A stretch of DNA of 64,000 bases from Octopus vulgaris (taxonomy: Eukaryota): contig OX597818.1 of assembly GCA_951406725.2 (NCBI GenBank), positions 16,182,001 to 16,246,000 on the forward strand, in the 5' to 3' direction. Made by a program: the position numbers and the translations under genes. The notes under the pieces are model-generated. The model was not told the DNA's origin. It saw only the letters and a program-made list of their open reading frames with translations, and did no database searches. Below are positions 50,245 through 64,000 of the stretch, piece after piece (position 1 is the stretch's first letter; every line of letters begins with the position of its first letter).

Positions 50245-51905
50245 ATTTCTTTACTACCCACAAGGGGCTAAACACAGAGAGGACAAACAAGGACAGACAA
50301 ACGGATTAAGTCAATTATATCGACCCCAGTGCGTAGCTGGTACTTATTTAATCGACCCCGAAAGGATGAAAGGCAAAGTCGACCTCGGCGGAATTTGAAC
50401 TCAGAACGTAGCGGCAGACGAAATACCTCTTAGCATTTCGCCCGGCGTGCTAACGTTTCTGCTAGAGCGCCGCCTTGTGCGTGTATCTGCATAATCTGCT
50501 TTGGTCGGCCCGAGGCTATAGTAGAAGACACTTGCCCAAGGTGCCAAGCAGTTGGACTGAACTCGGAACCATGTGGTTCGTAAGCAAGCTACTTACCACA
50601 CAGTCTCTCCAACGCCTATGCTAGGAACAATGTTACACAATCCACATTAAAACCATGATATATATCAAAGATATTTTTAAGGCGGCGTGCTGGCTGACTC
50701 GTTAGCGCGCCGGGCGAAATGCTTAGCGGTATTTCGTCTGTCGTTACGTTCTGAGTTCAAATTCCGCCGAGGTCGACTTTACCTTTCATCCTTTCGGGGT
50801 CGATAAATAAAGTACCAGTTTCACACTGGGTGGGGGGTCGATGTAATCGACTTAATCCCTTTGTCTGTCCTTGTTTGTCCCCTCTATGTTTAGCCCCTTG
50901 TGGGCAGCAAAGAAATATATATCATTTTTTTAAAAGCACATTTTTCGTATCAAATTTCTTGATGTAAAGCTCTAGTAAGTTCTTTCAGAGTCGTGTTTTT
51001 AAATCGTGACTTGAAATAAATTCGTGGTCATTACTTAAAATAGTTTGCACTAATAATTTTAAGGAAACGCGTGAAGTACTTCAGAGAATTTGATCCAACG
51101 CTACTCACATTGTACATGCAGAAATGTTTACAATTAGCTAACAACCATCTTGCGGTTTGAATTTCAGCCAGTCTAATATTAATCTTTTCCCTACCGCTAC
51201 GTTCTGTGTTCAAATTCCGCCGAGGTCGACTTTGCCTTTCATCCTTTTGGGGACAATTAAATAAGTACCAGTTACGCACTGGGGTCGATGTAATCGATTA
51301 GCCCACTTCCCCACAAATTTTCATGGCCTTGTGCCTAGAGAAGAAATAATAATATTAATCTGTTCTACTCTAGGCAAAGTCTTGAGCAGATGACTAGTCA
51401 ACCACATCGACCCCAGTGCTGAACTGGTACTTATTTTGTCGATTTCGGAATGATGAAAGGTAAAGTCAGCCTCAGCAGAATCTGAATTCAGATCATAAAG
51501 CCGGAAAAAATGTCGCGAATCATTTTGTCCTGCGTTCTAACAATTCTTCCAGTTCGTTGCCTTGATGATAATGGTTTCAAATTTTGACACAGGACCAAAA
51601 GTTTTTGAGGGGTTTGTGTTTGTTAGTCGATTGCATAAACCCCAGCCCTTGACTGGAACTTATGTTCTCGACCCTGAAAGATGAAAGGTAAAGTCAACCT
51701 CGGCAGAATTTGAACTCAGAACTTAATGACGGATGAAATGTCGCTAAGTATTTTGTCGGAATTTGCAAACGACTCTGCTAGCTCGTCGCCTTGGTATCAA
51801 ATTTTGACTCATGGAAGACAATCTCAAGGAGGAGTAAGTCAATTACACTGACCCCAGTGCTAAACTGGTACTTAATTTATCGACTATGAAAGGGATGGAA
51901 AGCAA
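50245..51905. mobile_element. Cluster of about seven SINE A/B copies in mixed orientation
   Basis: A(-) 50245-50476, B partial ~50500-50617, A(+) 50679-50915, A(+) 51195-51345, three A(-) copies 51360-51905. Confidence 0.85.
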
Positions 51906-53017
51906 GTTCTCAGATGAAAATTCACTCGGTTTGAATTATCGCTATATAATGTGAAAGGTACAAGTGCTATCGATGTAACAAACCGGAATTTATGAAAAAG
52001 AGATTGCACACTAGATTGGTGACTCTCAACAGGCAATCAGGCAATCTAAAAACACTTGACCTACCAAAGAAAGAGGAACTTATTCATATACATCATCCTT
52101 CTCTTTGCGTTAGAAGAGCTTCCCAGACAGCTGACTTCTGCTGGAAGCATAAGAAATGTTTTTATATTGTGAGTGGATTCGGTAGACGAAAACTGAAAAA
52201 GGTCAGCTACAATACTGCTCGCCATGCGCACGTGGAAGCCAGTCTTCTATGAATTGTCTCTACAAAATTATGGAGTAACCCTTCAGAGCATTCTACAATT
52301 GTGTAATTTCATGGTTGAATTAAAATTTATCTAATTGTAAAAACACTAAAAGTCACCGTCAGTATATGAGTTGTAATCTTTCCATATGAAGGGCAGTGGT
52401 GGACGACATAACAATTATACATTTTACGTCGATACAGTAAATCCTTCCGAGAACAGTTACCTTAGGATTTCCCATAAAAAATAAATAATTTATTATGTAA
52501 AGCTAATGTTACCACATTTAATGCAGGAAACAAACAAACAAAAAAAATGATAACTAGAGATAATAATTGTTACAAAGTTTGACAAAGGTCCAGCAATTTC
52601 AATGGAAAAATTTACTCGATTGCAGTAATTGTTACCTTATTTTATCAACCCAATAAATATGAAGGGTAAGTAAAGTCGATCTCGGCGGCATTTGAATAAA
52701 GAACGTGAAGTGGGAGGAAAGGCTGTTAAGCATTTTGTTCGACTGGTTAACGGTCCTGCCAGTTTGCCACCTTATGAATAGACATAACTATATAATGAAG
52801 AAACAACGGTAAGTGTTAATACTTCATTCTTGTTTACTAGCTGACTCTGTGCCGCCAGAAATTACGGGGCTAATTGTAGTAGTTTATATATAAATAAGGT
52901 ATAAAATAAGGTACATAATAATCACAGATACAAATATTCACATATTTACCATCTACATGCACATACATACACACATATACTCACAGTTGAATATCAACCC
53001 TAACCTTAACCCATTTC

Positions 53018-53090
<73 letters not shown>

Positions 53091-53347
53091 CATTCAAATA
53101 CCCCCCTTTTACATACACACACATATACTCACAAAGAGTTGCAACGCTGATTTTTTTTTCGCTCCTTCCTTCCTTATTCATCTACCACCCCTTCCTTTCT
53201 CTATTGCTATTACTTTCTCTCACTCTCTCTCAGTCAGGGCCATTACTCTCACTACTTCCCCTTCACTGAATTACTATTTTCTCTTCTTTCCCTTCACTTA
53301 CACTACATTTTCTCCTACTCCGTCCTACTCCTACTCTGTGATTTTGG

Positions 53348-53392
<45 letters not shown>

Positions 53393-53466
53393 CATGAACA
53401 AATATATAATATATATATATATATATATTTGTCCAAAATCACAGAATGTGTATGTATGTATGTATG

Positions 53467-53520
<54 letters not shown>

Positions 53521-54332
53521 CATACATATATATATACATATACATACACACACACAAAAATATAAAAACACTACGCTCATTGTTATATTAGATTACAATT
53601 AGAATTTTATCGGTTCAAATTATTTGAAGGACTTTTGAATTTACTTTAAGTTATTGGAGCAAGCTGTCGAAAGTACTTATATCGAGGTTATTTTTAGTCA
53701 CAATGCTAAAAAAAGGAAAGTTCATGCAGTTAACAAGATACACAAACAAAAAAAAAACAACAACGAAAAGCAGCAAACATTACAAGTAGAATATACACGT
53801 CCTTGTCTAGATAATTTCTTTAAATATTTTCATTCCTTTTTACAATTTTATATCCTATTGTAAACTTTATCCTTGTTTTGCTGTGGATAGTGGAAGTTAA
53901 TTCTTTGTTAGAATTCAATGTAAGTTCGTCAAACTAATCATAGAATTAATCGTATGTTATATAATAATTACAGTCATTTCATTGCTGCTTGAGTGAATTA
54001 GGATCTCAACCCAGAATCAATTAATTTGTAAGTATTAATTTAGAAACATATGGGTGTAAATATCTCTCTCAGTCTCTGAATGTACATATATACGCGCGCA
54101 CACATATATACATACACACACACATGTATATATATATATATATATATATTCGTATATTCTTTTATTCTTTTACTTGTTTCAGTCATTTATAACACCGTCT
54201 TGAAGGGCTTTAGCCGAACCAGGATTTATTTTGTTTTAAGCCTACGATTTATTCTAATGGTTACTTGCCTCTAAGTGGTGATGGGAAGACAAACACCGAC
54301 ACAAAAGCACGTACACATAGATATATACATAT

Positions 54333-54398
<66 letters not shown>

Positions 54399-54594
54399 GG
54401 ATGTATGTATTTATGACGAGGCTTCTTTCAGTTTCCGTCTACTAAATCCACTTACAAGGATTTGGACGGTCTGAGGCTATAGTAGAAGACACTTGCACAA
54501 GGTGACACGTAGTGGGACTGAACACGGAACCATGTGGCTGGGAAGCAAGCTTTTTACCACACAGCCAAGCCTGCGCCTACTATATAAATATAAA

Positions 54595-55698
54595 CAGTAT
54601 ATACTCGAGTAATAGTCGATCTCATGTAAAAGTCGACCCCCTATTTTTGGCCAAAAAATTGGGAATTTTCCATCGACCTCGTATAAAAGTTGACCCTAGA
54701 ATTTCACGAACAACAGGACTGCATTTGTGGGCGAAGGTACCGTATTATCCTGTACGTAGAAATAACACTGTTTGAAAACTGTGTGGCTGCCTTACTGTAG
54801 CCTGCTCTATAGATAGAATGATTGGTGTTTATAATGGAATGCACGGTACTTATAGTAGAACACTATTTAATAGTGAGCACTACACATCAGTTGATGGGTG
54901 CTATATCACAATTACTAAAATGTTTGCACAGGATATGCAGCAAGCCTGCATTCGTCTTAAAGCACAACAAACACATGTGTCACATACTCGTTGTTTACAT
55001 GGTGAGAAACGTGTTTCACAGACAGCACAATTGGCGATCATTGGCAAATGCCACTGTCTGAATTCGTACAAAGACATGACTTTGATTAGCCTAAAAACAT
55101 TCATTTAATCGCTAGATCTGTGGATCCCATGCGACCCTTATATTTTCCTAATCACCAAATACTATAAGCCCATGCGTCATGGGCTCGTCTGTTTACATTG
55201 TGGGAAACATGTTTCATAGACAGTACTATCGGCGAATAATAGCAAACACCGCTGTATGAATTCGTACAGATGCAAGACTTCGGTAAGCCTAAAAACATTT
55301 TGTTAATCACTAGATCAGTGGTTCCAAACTTTTTTGCCGCGGAATCCTTCGACATTATTTTTAAAAACCTGGAACCTCTGATAACTTTCAGAGAATCCTG
55401 GGGTTTTGCAGAACACATTTTGGGAATCCAGATTGACACCACATTATGCTCTACACCACATTATGGACATTTACTGGCAACTACACATGAGAGCTACGTG
55501 GTCTTGTTTATGGGCTTTTATTCTTTACTAGGACGCGTGTTTTAATGCATAAAATTGGTAATATTACTGTAATTCATCGTTTTTATGTTTTCATTCGCTT
55601 AGAGATCAGTTGGGCTTCTGCTGTTGATACGTTGACCCCATGAATTTGACCTTAATCTTAATATGGTCTAAAAATTTCGACTTTTACTCCAGTATATA
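54595..55698. mobile_element. Non-autonomous pogo/Tigger-like element with an internal tandem duplication and a nested hAT-type MITE (~55316-55431)
   Basis: Ends CAGTATATACTCGAGTAATAGTCGA ... TCGACTTTTACTCCAGTATATA; subterminal GTCGACCC repeats; MITE ends CAGTGGTTCCAAAC ... TTTGGGAATCCA. Confidence 0.65.
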
Positions 55699-55821
55699 TA
55701 TATATATATATATAAATATACATATATATAAAAATTCATATATATATATATATATAAATACATACATACATACATACATACATACATACATACATACATA
55801 ATACATACATACATACATTAT

Positions 55822-55990
55822 TATGGCTGCCCTCTCGTTATCGAGTATGGCCATTGCACGAAGCTTAACTGTTACTGGTGCTGTGATCGAATGTGACTTA
55901 TTAGCCCAGCTAAAGATCTACAATGTCTTGTACAAAATTGGCAACTAAGACCTTTACTGGTAATAGCCGGCTGTAGTTGTAACTGGGCTT
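55822..55990 (-). mobile_element. RTE-clade LINE 3' end
   Basis: CQFCTRHCRSLAGLISHIRSQH is the RTE C-terminal C2H2-like motif, followed by a short 3' UTR. Confidence 0.75.
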
Positions 55991-56816
55991 CATACATACA
56001 TACATACATACATACATACATACATACATACATACATACATACATACATACATACATACATACATACATACATACATACACATCTGTATATGTATATATT
56101 TTGAAAGAAAGAAAATGGAGAAACATGGATGTATAAATAATTTATTTGTATGATATAAAGATGTTGAAACCTTTTAAAAACATAATACAAATAAATTATA
56201 AGTTGTAAAAGTTGTAAAGCTCAAAAACAAAATGGGATATGCGAAAAAAAACCTACATATATGTTTCAGTTCTAGCGCCTCGCTGATATGCAATTCTAAG
56301 CATTTGGTTATATGCTAAGAAAGGTATCATTTTTAACTATACAGGGCAGAATTTCTTCAGGCTTAAAGAACTAAGGTTAACATTTCCTTTGAAGGGTGTA
56401 GATAGAATATTCTGTATGCATTTTCAAAGAAATTTATTTTTCCTGGTGAAAGAGGTGGTGTCCAAAAATGAATGTAAATATCTTTTTTATGACTGGACAA
56501 CCGAACCCCCTCGTTTTGTAATCTGTAAATCTATCTGTATATGTATTTATTTTTTCAATATATTTTTAATGTATATATCTATATATTTATATATTTTTAT
56601 ATGTATAGTTTTCATGTATTGATTACTCTATATATTTTCATATATTCTTTTATTTGTTTCAGTCATTTCGACTGCTAGAGTACTTATTCTATCGGTATCT
56701 ATTGCCAAACCGCTAAGTTACGGGGACATAAACACACCAACATCGGTTGTGAAGCGATGGGACAAACACAGACTCAAAAATTCACACACGCACACACACA
56801 CACACATACATACGAC

Positions 56817-56850
<34 letters not shown>

Positions 56851-57609
56851 GACGGGCTTCTTTCAGTTTCCGTCAACCCAATCCACTCACAAGGATTTGG
56901 TCAGATCGAGCCTATAATAGAAAACACTTTCCCAATGTGCAGTCGACGCAGTGGGACTGAACCTGGAACCATGTGGTTGGAAAGCAAGCTTCTTACCACA
57001 CAGCCACTTCTGCGCCTATATCTATGTTTAATATGTTTTATGTATTGAATATACTTTTGGAGAAATTCATGCATGTTGTGCCTAGGGCTCTCTCCTCTTA
57101 CTCTTTTACTCTTTTACTTGTTTCAGTATTGTGATTGTGGCCATGCTGGAACACCGCCTTTAGTCGAGCAAACCAACCCCAGGACTTATTCTTTGTAAGC
57201 CTAGTACATATCTTATCCGTTCTTTTGCCGAACCGCTATGTTACAGGGACGTAAACACACCAGCATCGTTTGTCAAGCGATGTTGGGGGGACGAACAGAC
57301 ACATAAACAGACACACAAACATACATATATATACATATATACGACGGGCTTTTTTCAGTTTCCGTCTTCCAAATCCACTCACAATGCTTTGGTCGACCCG
57401 AGGCTATAGTAGAAGGCACTTGCCCAAGGTGCCACGCAGTGGGACTGAACACGGAACCAAGTGGTTCGTAAGCAAGCTACTTACCACACAGCCACTCCTA
57501 CACCTAGGGTCTGAATATCTGGAGCACTTCAAATTGAAGTCTATGCGTTGGAGAAAATCTTTTTCCTTCTAATGATACACACACACACACGTGCGCGCAA
57601 ATATATATG

Positions 57610-57687
<78 letters not shown>

Positions 57688-57749
57688 TATGCACGTGTGT
57701 ATGTATATATATGTGTATGTATATATATGCGTATATGTATATATATGCG

Positions 57750-57781
<32 letters not shown>

Positions 57782-58024
57782 CACAGCTCAAGAGTTGAAA
57801 CTGGAAAAACAAACAAACAAACAAAATATATATATATATGTAAGGTAATAAACAAAAGAAAAGAATTATTTCAAAGTGGTGTATTATATTTCGCTCGGCG
57901 TGCTAACGTTTCTGCCAGCTCACCGCCTTAGAGTAATTATATATTAAAAATAGAATTGTCATTATATCTTTTTACACGTTTTATTACAGTTTATAGATCA
58001 AGTAAGATCCCGATACTTAATTAT

Positions 58025-58105
<81 letters not shown>

Positions 58106-58584
58106 CTATGATATCATAATAGCGAAAGATTGTCTTAGACATAAACGAGTTTAGATTTATGTTTCTTGAGATATATAAAGAGATATATATTTCGATAGTT
58201 GTAGATTCTACTTCCATAATTATTTTGCCCGTTATAATTTTGTTGCTTTTTGATTTTTAATGTAATTGATATGTAGTTGAATGGCTAACGCTTACGCTCA
58301 CGATACATAGGCATATGAATTAGTTTTTTTTTTTTACAATCCAGCAATTCTCTCACAAGGAATAATCTACACACCACTGCCCTGACGTGACTTATATATA
58401 AGGGAATTGAATTGTTTATATATCAAAAATGTATATAAGTCGAAACAAACTATTGGCTTTTTGGGTTGTTTAAATAATTGTTTATGTTATATTATATTAT
58501 ATTCATTGATTATTATGTTATATTATAATATAAATTATTGGATTGTCAATTGTAGCTCTCTATTCAACTTAGCATTATATATAA

Positions 58585-58615
<31 letters not shown>

Positions 58616-58674
58616 TATGCATATATACTCTTTATCTTATATTAAACTTTTTATACTTTTTGATAGTTATATAC

Positions 58675-59083
58675 TCTTTTACTCTTTTACTTGTTTCAGT
58701 CATTTGACTGCGGCCATGCTGGAGCACCGCCTTTAGTCGAGCAAATCGACCCCGGGACTTATTCTTTGTAAGTCCAGTACTTATTCTTTCGGTCTCTTTT
58801 GCCGAACCGCTAGGTGACGGGGACGTAAACACACCAGCATCGGTTGTCAAGCAATGCTAGGGGGACAGACACAGACACACAAACACACACACACATACAT
58901 ATATACATATATACATATATACGACAGGCTTCTTTCAGTTTCCGTCTACCAAATCCACTCACAAGACATTGGTCGGCCCGGGGCTATAGCAGAAGACACT
59001 TGCCCAAGATGCCACGCAGTGGGACTGAACCCGGAACCATGTGGTTGGTTAGCAAGCTACTTACCACACAGCCACTCCTGCGC
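58675..59083 (-). mobile_element. SINE family B, best-preserved copy
   Basis: Complete head, internal (TG/TA)n and tail. Confidence 0.88.
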
Positions 59084-59094
59084 TTATATATATA

Positions 59095-59173
<79 letters not shown>

Positions 59174-59185
59174 ATAATAATAATC

Positions 59186-59281
<96 letters not shown>

Positions 59282-59516
59282 TTATAAGTATAAATTATTA
59301 AATTATTAATTTAAATAATTTTTCAAATTTAAATTTTGAATTTTATATTTTATATATTTTTTATTAATTAATTTTATTTCTATGTATTGGTCTATGATTT
59401 TCACTGTTTGATTTGCTTAATAGTGGTTTTATCTCTAATTTAATATATATATTTATACTATAAAATTAGATTTAATCCTAAATCTAATTTTTCCCTGTAA
59501 GTTTGGATTTACTCCC

Positions 59517-59557
<41 letters not shown>

Positions 59558-59561
<4 letters not shown>

Positions 59562-60364
59562 GAAGCGTGTTTATAATTATGAATAAATGGCAATTATAAC
59601 GGAGAGAATCGCAAAACCCTTACATGTATAGAAATACCAGTCAAAAACCACTATAAAGCCACTATTATCACTCATAACTCCCCACAATAAAGCTGTCTGC
59701 TGCGATATGACTTACAAAATCCATAATTTAAAAATAAAAGGTTAATTCTCTATTGCAATTTTGAGGTTAGGAACCTATTATAACATATGATATACTGTAT
59801 CGTAAAATAACGGATATAAATCAACATAATGGTCCCGTTCCTCTCATCAGGAGAATATTCCTATAGATACAAATTGATACAAAATCATACCTTGGGGCTT
59901 ACATGTCTCCCGACTGGCAAGGATAATGTGTCAACTCCTATCTACACATTCAAATTCTGAATTCCAACGTCATGCGCAGCGTTTATGAGAAAAGACCGGT
60001 AATTCGAACCACAAAAAAATACCGGATATGAGTGGAAAATTGAATAATTAAAAATTAAGGTAATAATACATTACGAAGGATATATCATAAATAGTTAATA
60101 ATTCTATATCATTGACCAGACATGTAATCATAAATTACATTAAAAAAGAATGTTTATAATTATGAATAAATCACAATTATAACAATAAGGGTCGCAAAAA
60201 CCCTTACATGTTTAGAAATAGCAGTCAAAAAGCACTATAGAGCCACTGTATATGTGATTTATTCATAATTATAAACACACTTCTTTTAATGTAATTTATG
60301 ATTACATATTCATAAATAATTATTAATTGTTTATATATCATTCGTAATGTATTATTACATTCCT

Positions 60365-60373
<9 letters not shown>
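59558..60373. mobile_element. Penelope-like element end with direct plus inverted pseudo-LTR arrangement
   Basis: ~59558-59665 is directly repeated at ~60142-60248; ~60045-60173 is inverted at ~60255-60373. Confidence 0.6.
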
Positions 60374-60434
<61 letters not shown>

Positions 60435-60454
60435 TATATATGTGTATGTATATG

Positions 60455-60729
60455 ACGGAGTCTCCCGTCGTTTGACGACGTATGAGGGTTCAACAATTTT
60501 CTTACCGAACAACCATACAGATGATTTGTGTAGACATAAGCTTACTCCCTCCATCAGATCGACATTGCCTGTATAGGGGCAATGGGTGCCACATGTCAGA
60601 TGTCGAAATGATCGCAGAGCAACGTGAAATGAAGTGTTTTACACAAGAACACAAGGCAACGCCCGGTCTAGGAATTGAACCCACAATCTCGCAATCGGGA
60701 GCGCAACACCTAAACCACTAAGTCATGCG

Positions 60730-60732
<3 letters not shown>
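60455..60732 (-). mobile_element. tRNA-derived SINE
   Basis: Minus-strand head AGGCGCATGACTTAGTGGTTTAGG...GGTTCAATTCC plus CACTTCATTTCACGTTGC core. Confidence 0.75.
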
Positions 60733-60791
<59 letters not shown>

Positions 60792-60792
<1 letters not shown>

Positions 60793-61178
60793 TTGTTGTT
60801 GTTGTTGCTGTTGGCATCCCTTTGTCTCGATAGACAATGGAGTTGCGCATAAACAAATCCAGTCTGGTTTTTACATCTCATGTCCTCTCCAGTCTTGCGC
60901 AGGCCTGGGCTAGATGTAAGAAAATCCTGGGTAGCCCAATCGTGAGGATTCCTCTCTCGACCTTGCTGACGTAGTCCAAAAGGAGTGAAGAGCATTACGT
61001 TTGGCAGCAGCTTGGTTGCAGGAGCTGCCGGAAGAGTGTCGAGTCGAACACTAAACCACCTACGGGGCTCCACTCCGGATTTCTTTGAAGGTCGTCTCCT
61101 TTTCGTAACCCTGGATAGGTGCCCATACTGGGTACTGTCAGCCGGAGCCCTGAAGTAGTGAAGAAAATCGCTACCCAC
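60792..61178 (-). mobile_element. Short RTE-related non-autonomous retroelement ending in a (CAA)n tail
   Basis: 3' end CCATTGTCTATCGAGACAAAGGGATGCC(AAC)n resembles RTE 3' termini; no coding capacity. Confidence 0.55.
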
Positions 61179-61181
61179 TAC

Positions 61182-61324
<143 letters not shown>

Positions 61325-61349
61325 TTATTAAGTTGCGTTGCAAGATTTC

Positions 61350-62220
61350 TGATGTGATATCGTGCGTTGAAGCAGATATACGATATGAGCAGCATTTATC
61401 TGATAGCCTTACCCTTCAACAAAAGAGTTTGCATCCCTCAACAGACAAATAACAAAATACAAGCACGCGTCACCATAGCCAGAAATAAACTTAGACAAAT
61501 TTTAGAACAATATACTAGTAGACGGAGTGGTAGAGCGGCACAACAACTCGACAAGAAGTCCGCAGGTGGCCTACGCAAGCTCAAACAGCGCACAAGAAAT
61601 AGGGAAGTTGTGTTCTTTCCCACGGACAAGACCGGAAGTATGTCGAACTACAAACCAGGCGGTGCAAACTCACATCACCAATATGAGGGAAACAACTATA
61701 CGGGAGTTTGAGGAGAGAGAATTTCTTCAATGTTCAATATGATGATGTGGTCAAATATCTAGGGACAAAGTAATGCACGGCCAACAACTTCCAGGCCACC
61801 AACAATGAGACTCTGGCACTGCATAGGATGCACAACGACCATAAGATGACCACTGGCCCAATGACAGGACCACCGACGAGACTGGTCTGCCAACAACTAT
61901 CGGATCTCCTACTTCCTCTCAATGATCATACGCCCTCTGATAAAAATGTCTCCAGATGTGTGTGATAGCACGGAGGACCTCCTCAGCAGAATCAATGAGC
62001 GCAACCATGCCTGCGACCTGACTGGATGCATAATAGTCAGTATGGACGTAGTGTCCCTATACCCATCCTTTGATGTTGATTTTACTGTGGAGAAATGCGT
62101 GGAGGTGATCAGCGAGAGCGATGTTGAGATTCGTGGTTTTGACACAGAAGAACTAAACCTCCTTGCGAACGAAAAATCCTCGGGAGAAGTTGAGATGGGG
62201 ATTCATCAAGGGTCATAACC
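61350..62220 (+). pseudogene. Penelope-like reverse transcriptase relic
   Basis: VVFFPTDKTG, HNDHK..GPPTRLVC, CDSTEDLL, IVSMDVVSLYPS; frameshifted. Confidence 0.8.
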
Positions 62221-62384
62221 TTCGCACCAAAGTGCCTTCATGATATTAGAGTAACTGCCTGCATTATTAGATTGCAACTTGGAAGTAGATGGAGGGGGGT
62301 AGGAAGTTAATGTGTATTTCAGAGGGAGAGAGAGTGGGACGGGGTGAGGGTATAATCTTTAAATCAAGTGTGGAGATGTATGTA

Positions 62385-63225
62385 CAAGGTGCATTGCAGA
62401 AGTTTTTAGACTTTTTTAGGAGACACTAATTTCAAAAAAGTACAAAACTCTAATCTTCATCAAAGTAGGATCCTCTAACTTCAATGCACTCGTTGTAGCA
62501 CTCCAGCCATTTCATGAAGGTCCCATGAAAGTCCTCCAAAGTTAAGGTGTCCAGGACCGTTGTCACAAACTCATTCGTGTTCGAAACGACTGCCCCTGAA
62601 ATTCTTCAGAATGGCGAACAACCAAAAATCGCAGGTAGCAAGGTCTGGGCTGTAGGAGAATGTGGAACAGTTTTGATGGCCATATCTGTCAAGTAGTTGA
62701 TTACCTAGATACTCGTCCGTGAGCACCCTGAGAACAAATTTTACGCATCTTCAGATCTTCGTGAATAATTTTGTGTACACTTGCCGCATCAACTCCAGAC
62801 TCTATGCTGAAAGCCTTTATAGATACACGATGGTCTTCACCCAGAAAATTGCATATTTTCTCTATCAACTCTGATATTTTGACGTCCCTCTCCCTGCCAC
62901 GCCTCTCGTCGTCTTCCACCTCCTCTCAACCGTCTCTGAACATTTAGTGCCAGCGAAAAGTTAATCCATAAGCAGTCTAGAGCACTTCATAAGTTTCTGA
63001 ACGATCTTCCAACCGTTCCCACTGCATTCTGAAAACTAGTCAGCTAATACAAGCAGTGTTTACTATGGTGTGTTCAAAGTACAGTTACATCTTCAATCTG
63101 GGATAGCAAAAGTTGACAGGTCAGCTTATTTGGTGTATAATAATGATATAGTAAAAGTACAATAATCTACGATAGTTATAATTACTTCACTTATAAAAGT
63201 CTCAAAACTTCAAGAATGCACCTCA
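62385..63225 (-). mobile_element. Internally deleted mariner (841 bp), both TIRs present
   Basis: TA|CAAGGTGCATTGCAGAAGTTTTTAGACTTTT ... AAAAGTCTCAAAACTTCAAGAATGCACCTCA|TA; EDDERRGR, IIHEDLKMRKICS, PHSPTAQTL (decayed HPPYSPDL). Confidence 0.88.
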
Positions 63226-63238
63226 TATGTATATATAT

Positions 63239-63377
<139 letters not shown>

Positions 63378-63465
63378 TAATAATAATAATAAGGACTATA
63401 ACTTCAAACTTACAGGGAAAAATTCAATTTAGTATTAAATCAAATTTCACAATATAAATATATAA

Positions 63466-63606
63466 AATATAAATTAGAGATAAAACCACTATTATGCAAT
63501 TTAGTTATATGTTTTATAAAAATATATTTTATTTATTATTTATGTTTCGGTTTATGCCTATCATTGTTTGAATTGCATAATAGTGGTTTTATCTCTAATT
63601 TATATT
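63466..63606. repeat. Perfect 36-bp inverted repeat (69-nt spacer) within an AT-rich dispersed repeat also present at ~59385-59520
   Basis: AATATAAATTAGAGATAAAACCACTATTATGCAATT (63466-63501) and its exact complement at 63571-63606. Confidence 0.9.
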
Positions 63607-63620
63607 ATACACACACACAG

Positions 63621-63743
<123 letters not shown>

Positions 63744-64000
63744 TGTTTGTATGTGTGTTGTAAACGTTATTCTGAACGCTCAGATTGTGGTGGTGGGAGA
63801 TACTGATAGCGGAAACTCTTAAAGTTTATAATATTGACAAAGTCCACCAGTATTCAGTCACATATCTCTTTTCATGTAGGCATTCTTGCTGTTGTTTTAT
63901 AACAAAGCGCCCTTAAAAGATTTTAATGTTGATATTCTGTTTTGAATATGTCTTCCACACGTGTGTTGAATGCAACATGGAATTTAGATTTATCTTTCTG

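Noticed and set aside
50245-51905. CRISPR-like or regularly spaced repeat array
   Set aside because: Eukaryotic SINE pile-up with irregular spacing and mixed orientation.
55872-55960. C2H2 zinc-finger gene exon
   Set aside because: Matches the C-terminal motif of RTE LINE ORFs and is followed by an RTE-like 3' end.

Overview
Eukaryotic, AT-rich, microsatellite- and SINE-dense genomic DNA. The repeat landscape looks like Octopus (inference; species not determined). One host gene is supported: a + strand villin/advillin-family actin-binding protein (gelsolin repeats G2-end to G6 plus a C-terminal villin headpiece). I rebuilt it by hand as 20 GT-AG exons from 2823 to 39277 (1866 nt, 621 aa + stop, all splice phases compatible); its 5' end lies upstream of the window. 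Everything else is repetitive: decayed Tc1, mariner, hAT, Chapaev-like and pogo-like DNA transposons, MITEs, Ty3/Gypsy, R4/Dong, CRE, Tx1, RTE and Penelope-like retroelement relics, several tRNA-derived SINE families and many microsatellites (which account for most of the ORF track). Main points for follow-up: (i) a GGATC-ended, 8-bp-TSD transposon family carrying internal telomeric (CCCTAA)n arrays, in two independent copies; (ii) selective loss of the G4 Ca2+ ligands in the villin; (iii) a cluster of long intronic inverted repeats around exons 13-15 (candidate dsRNA/ADAR or exon-skipping structures); (iv) a decayed tandem duplicate of an exon. I found no clear novel multi-gene system. Repeat boundaries are approximate unless TIR/TSD positions are given.
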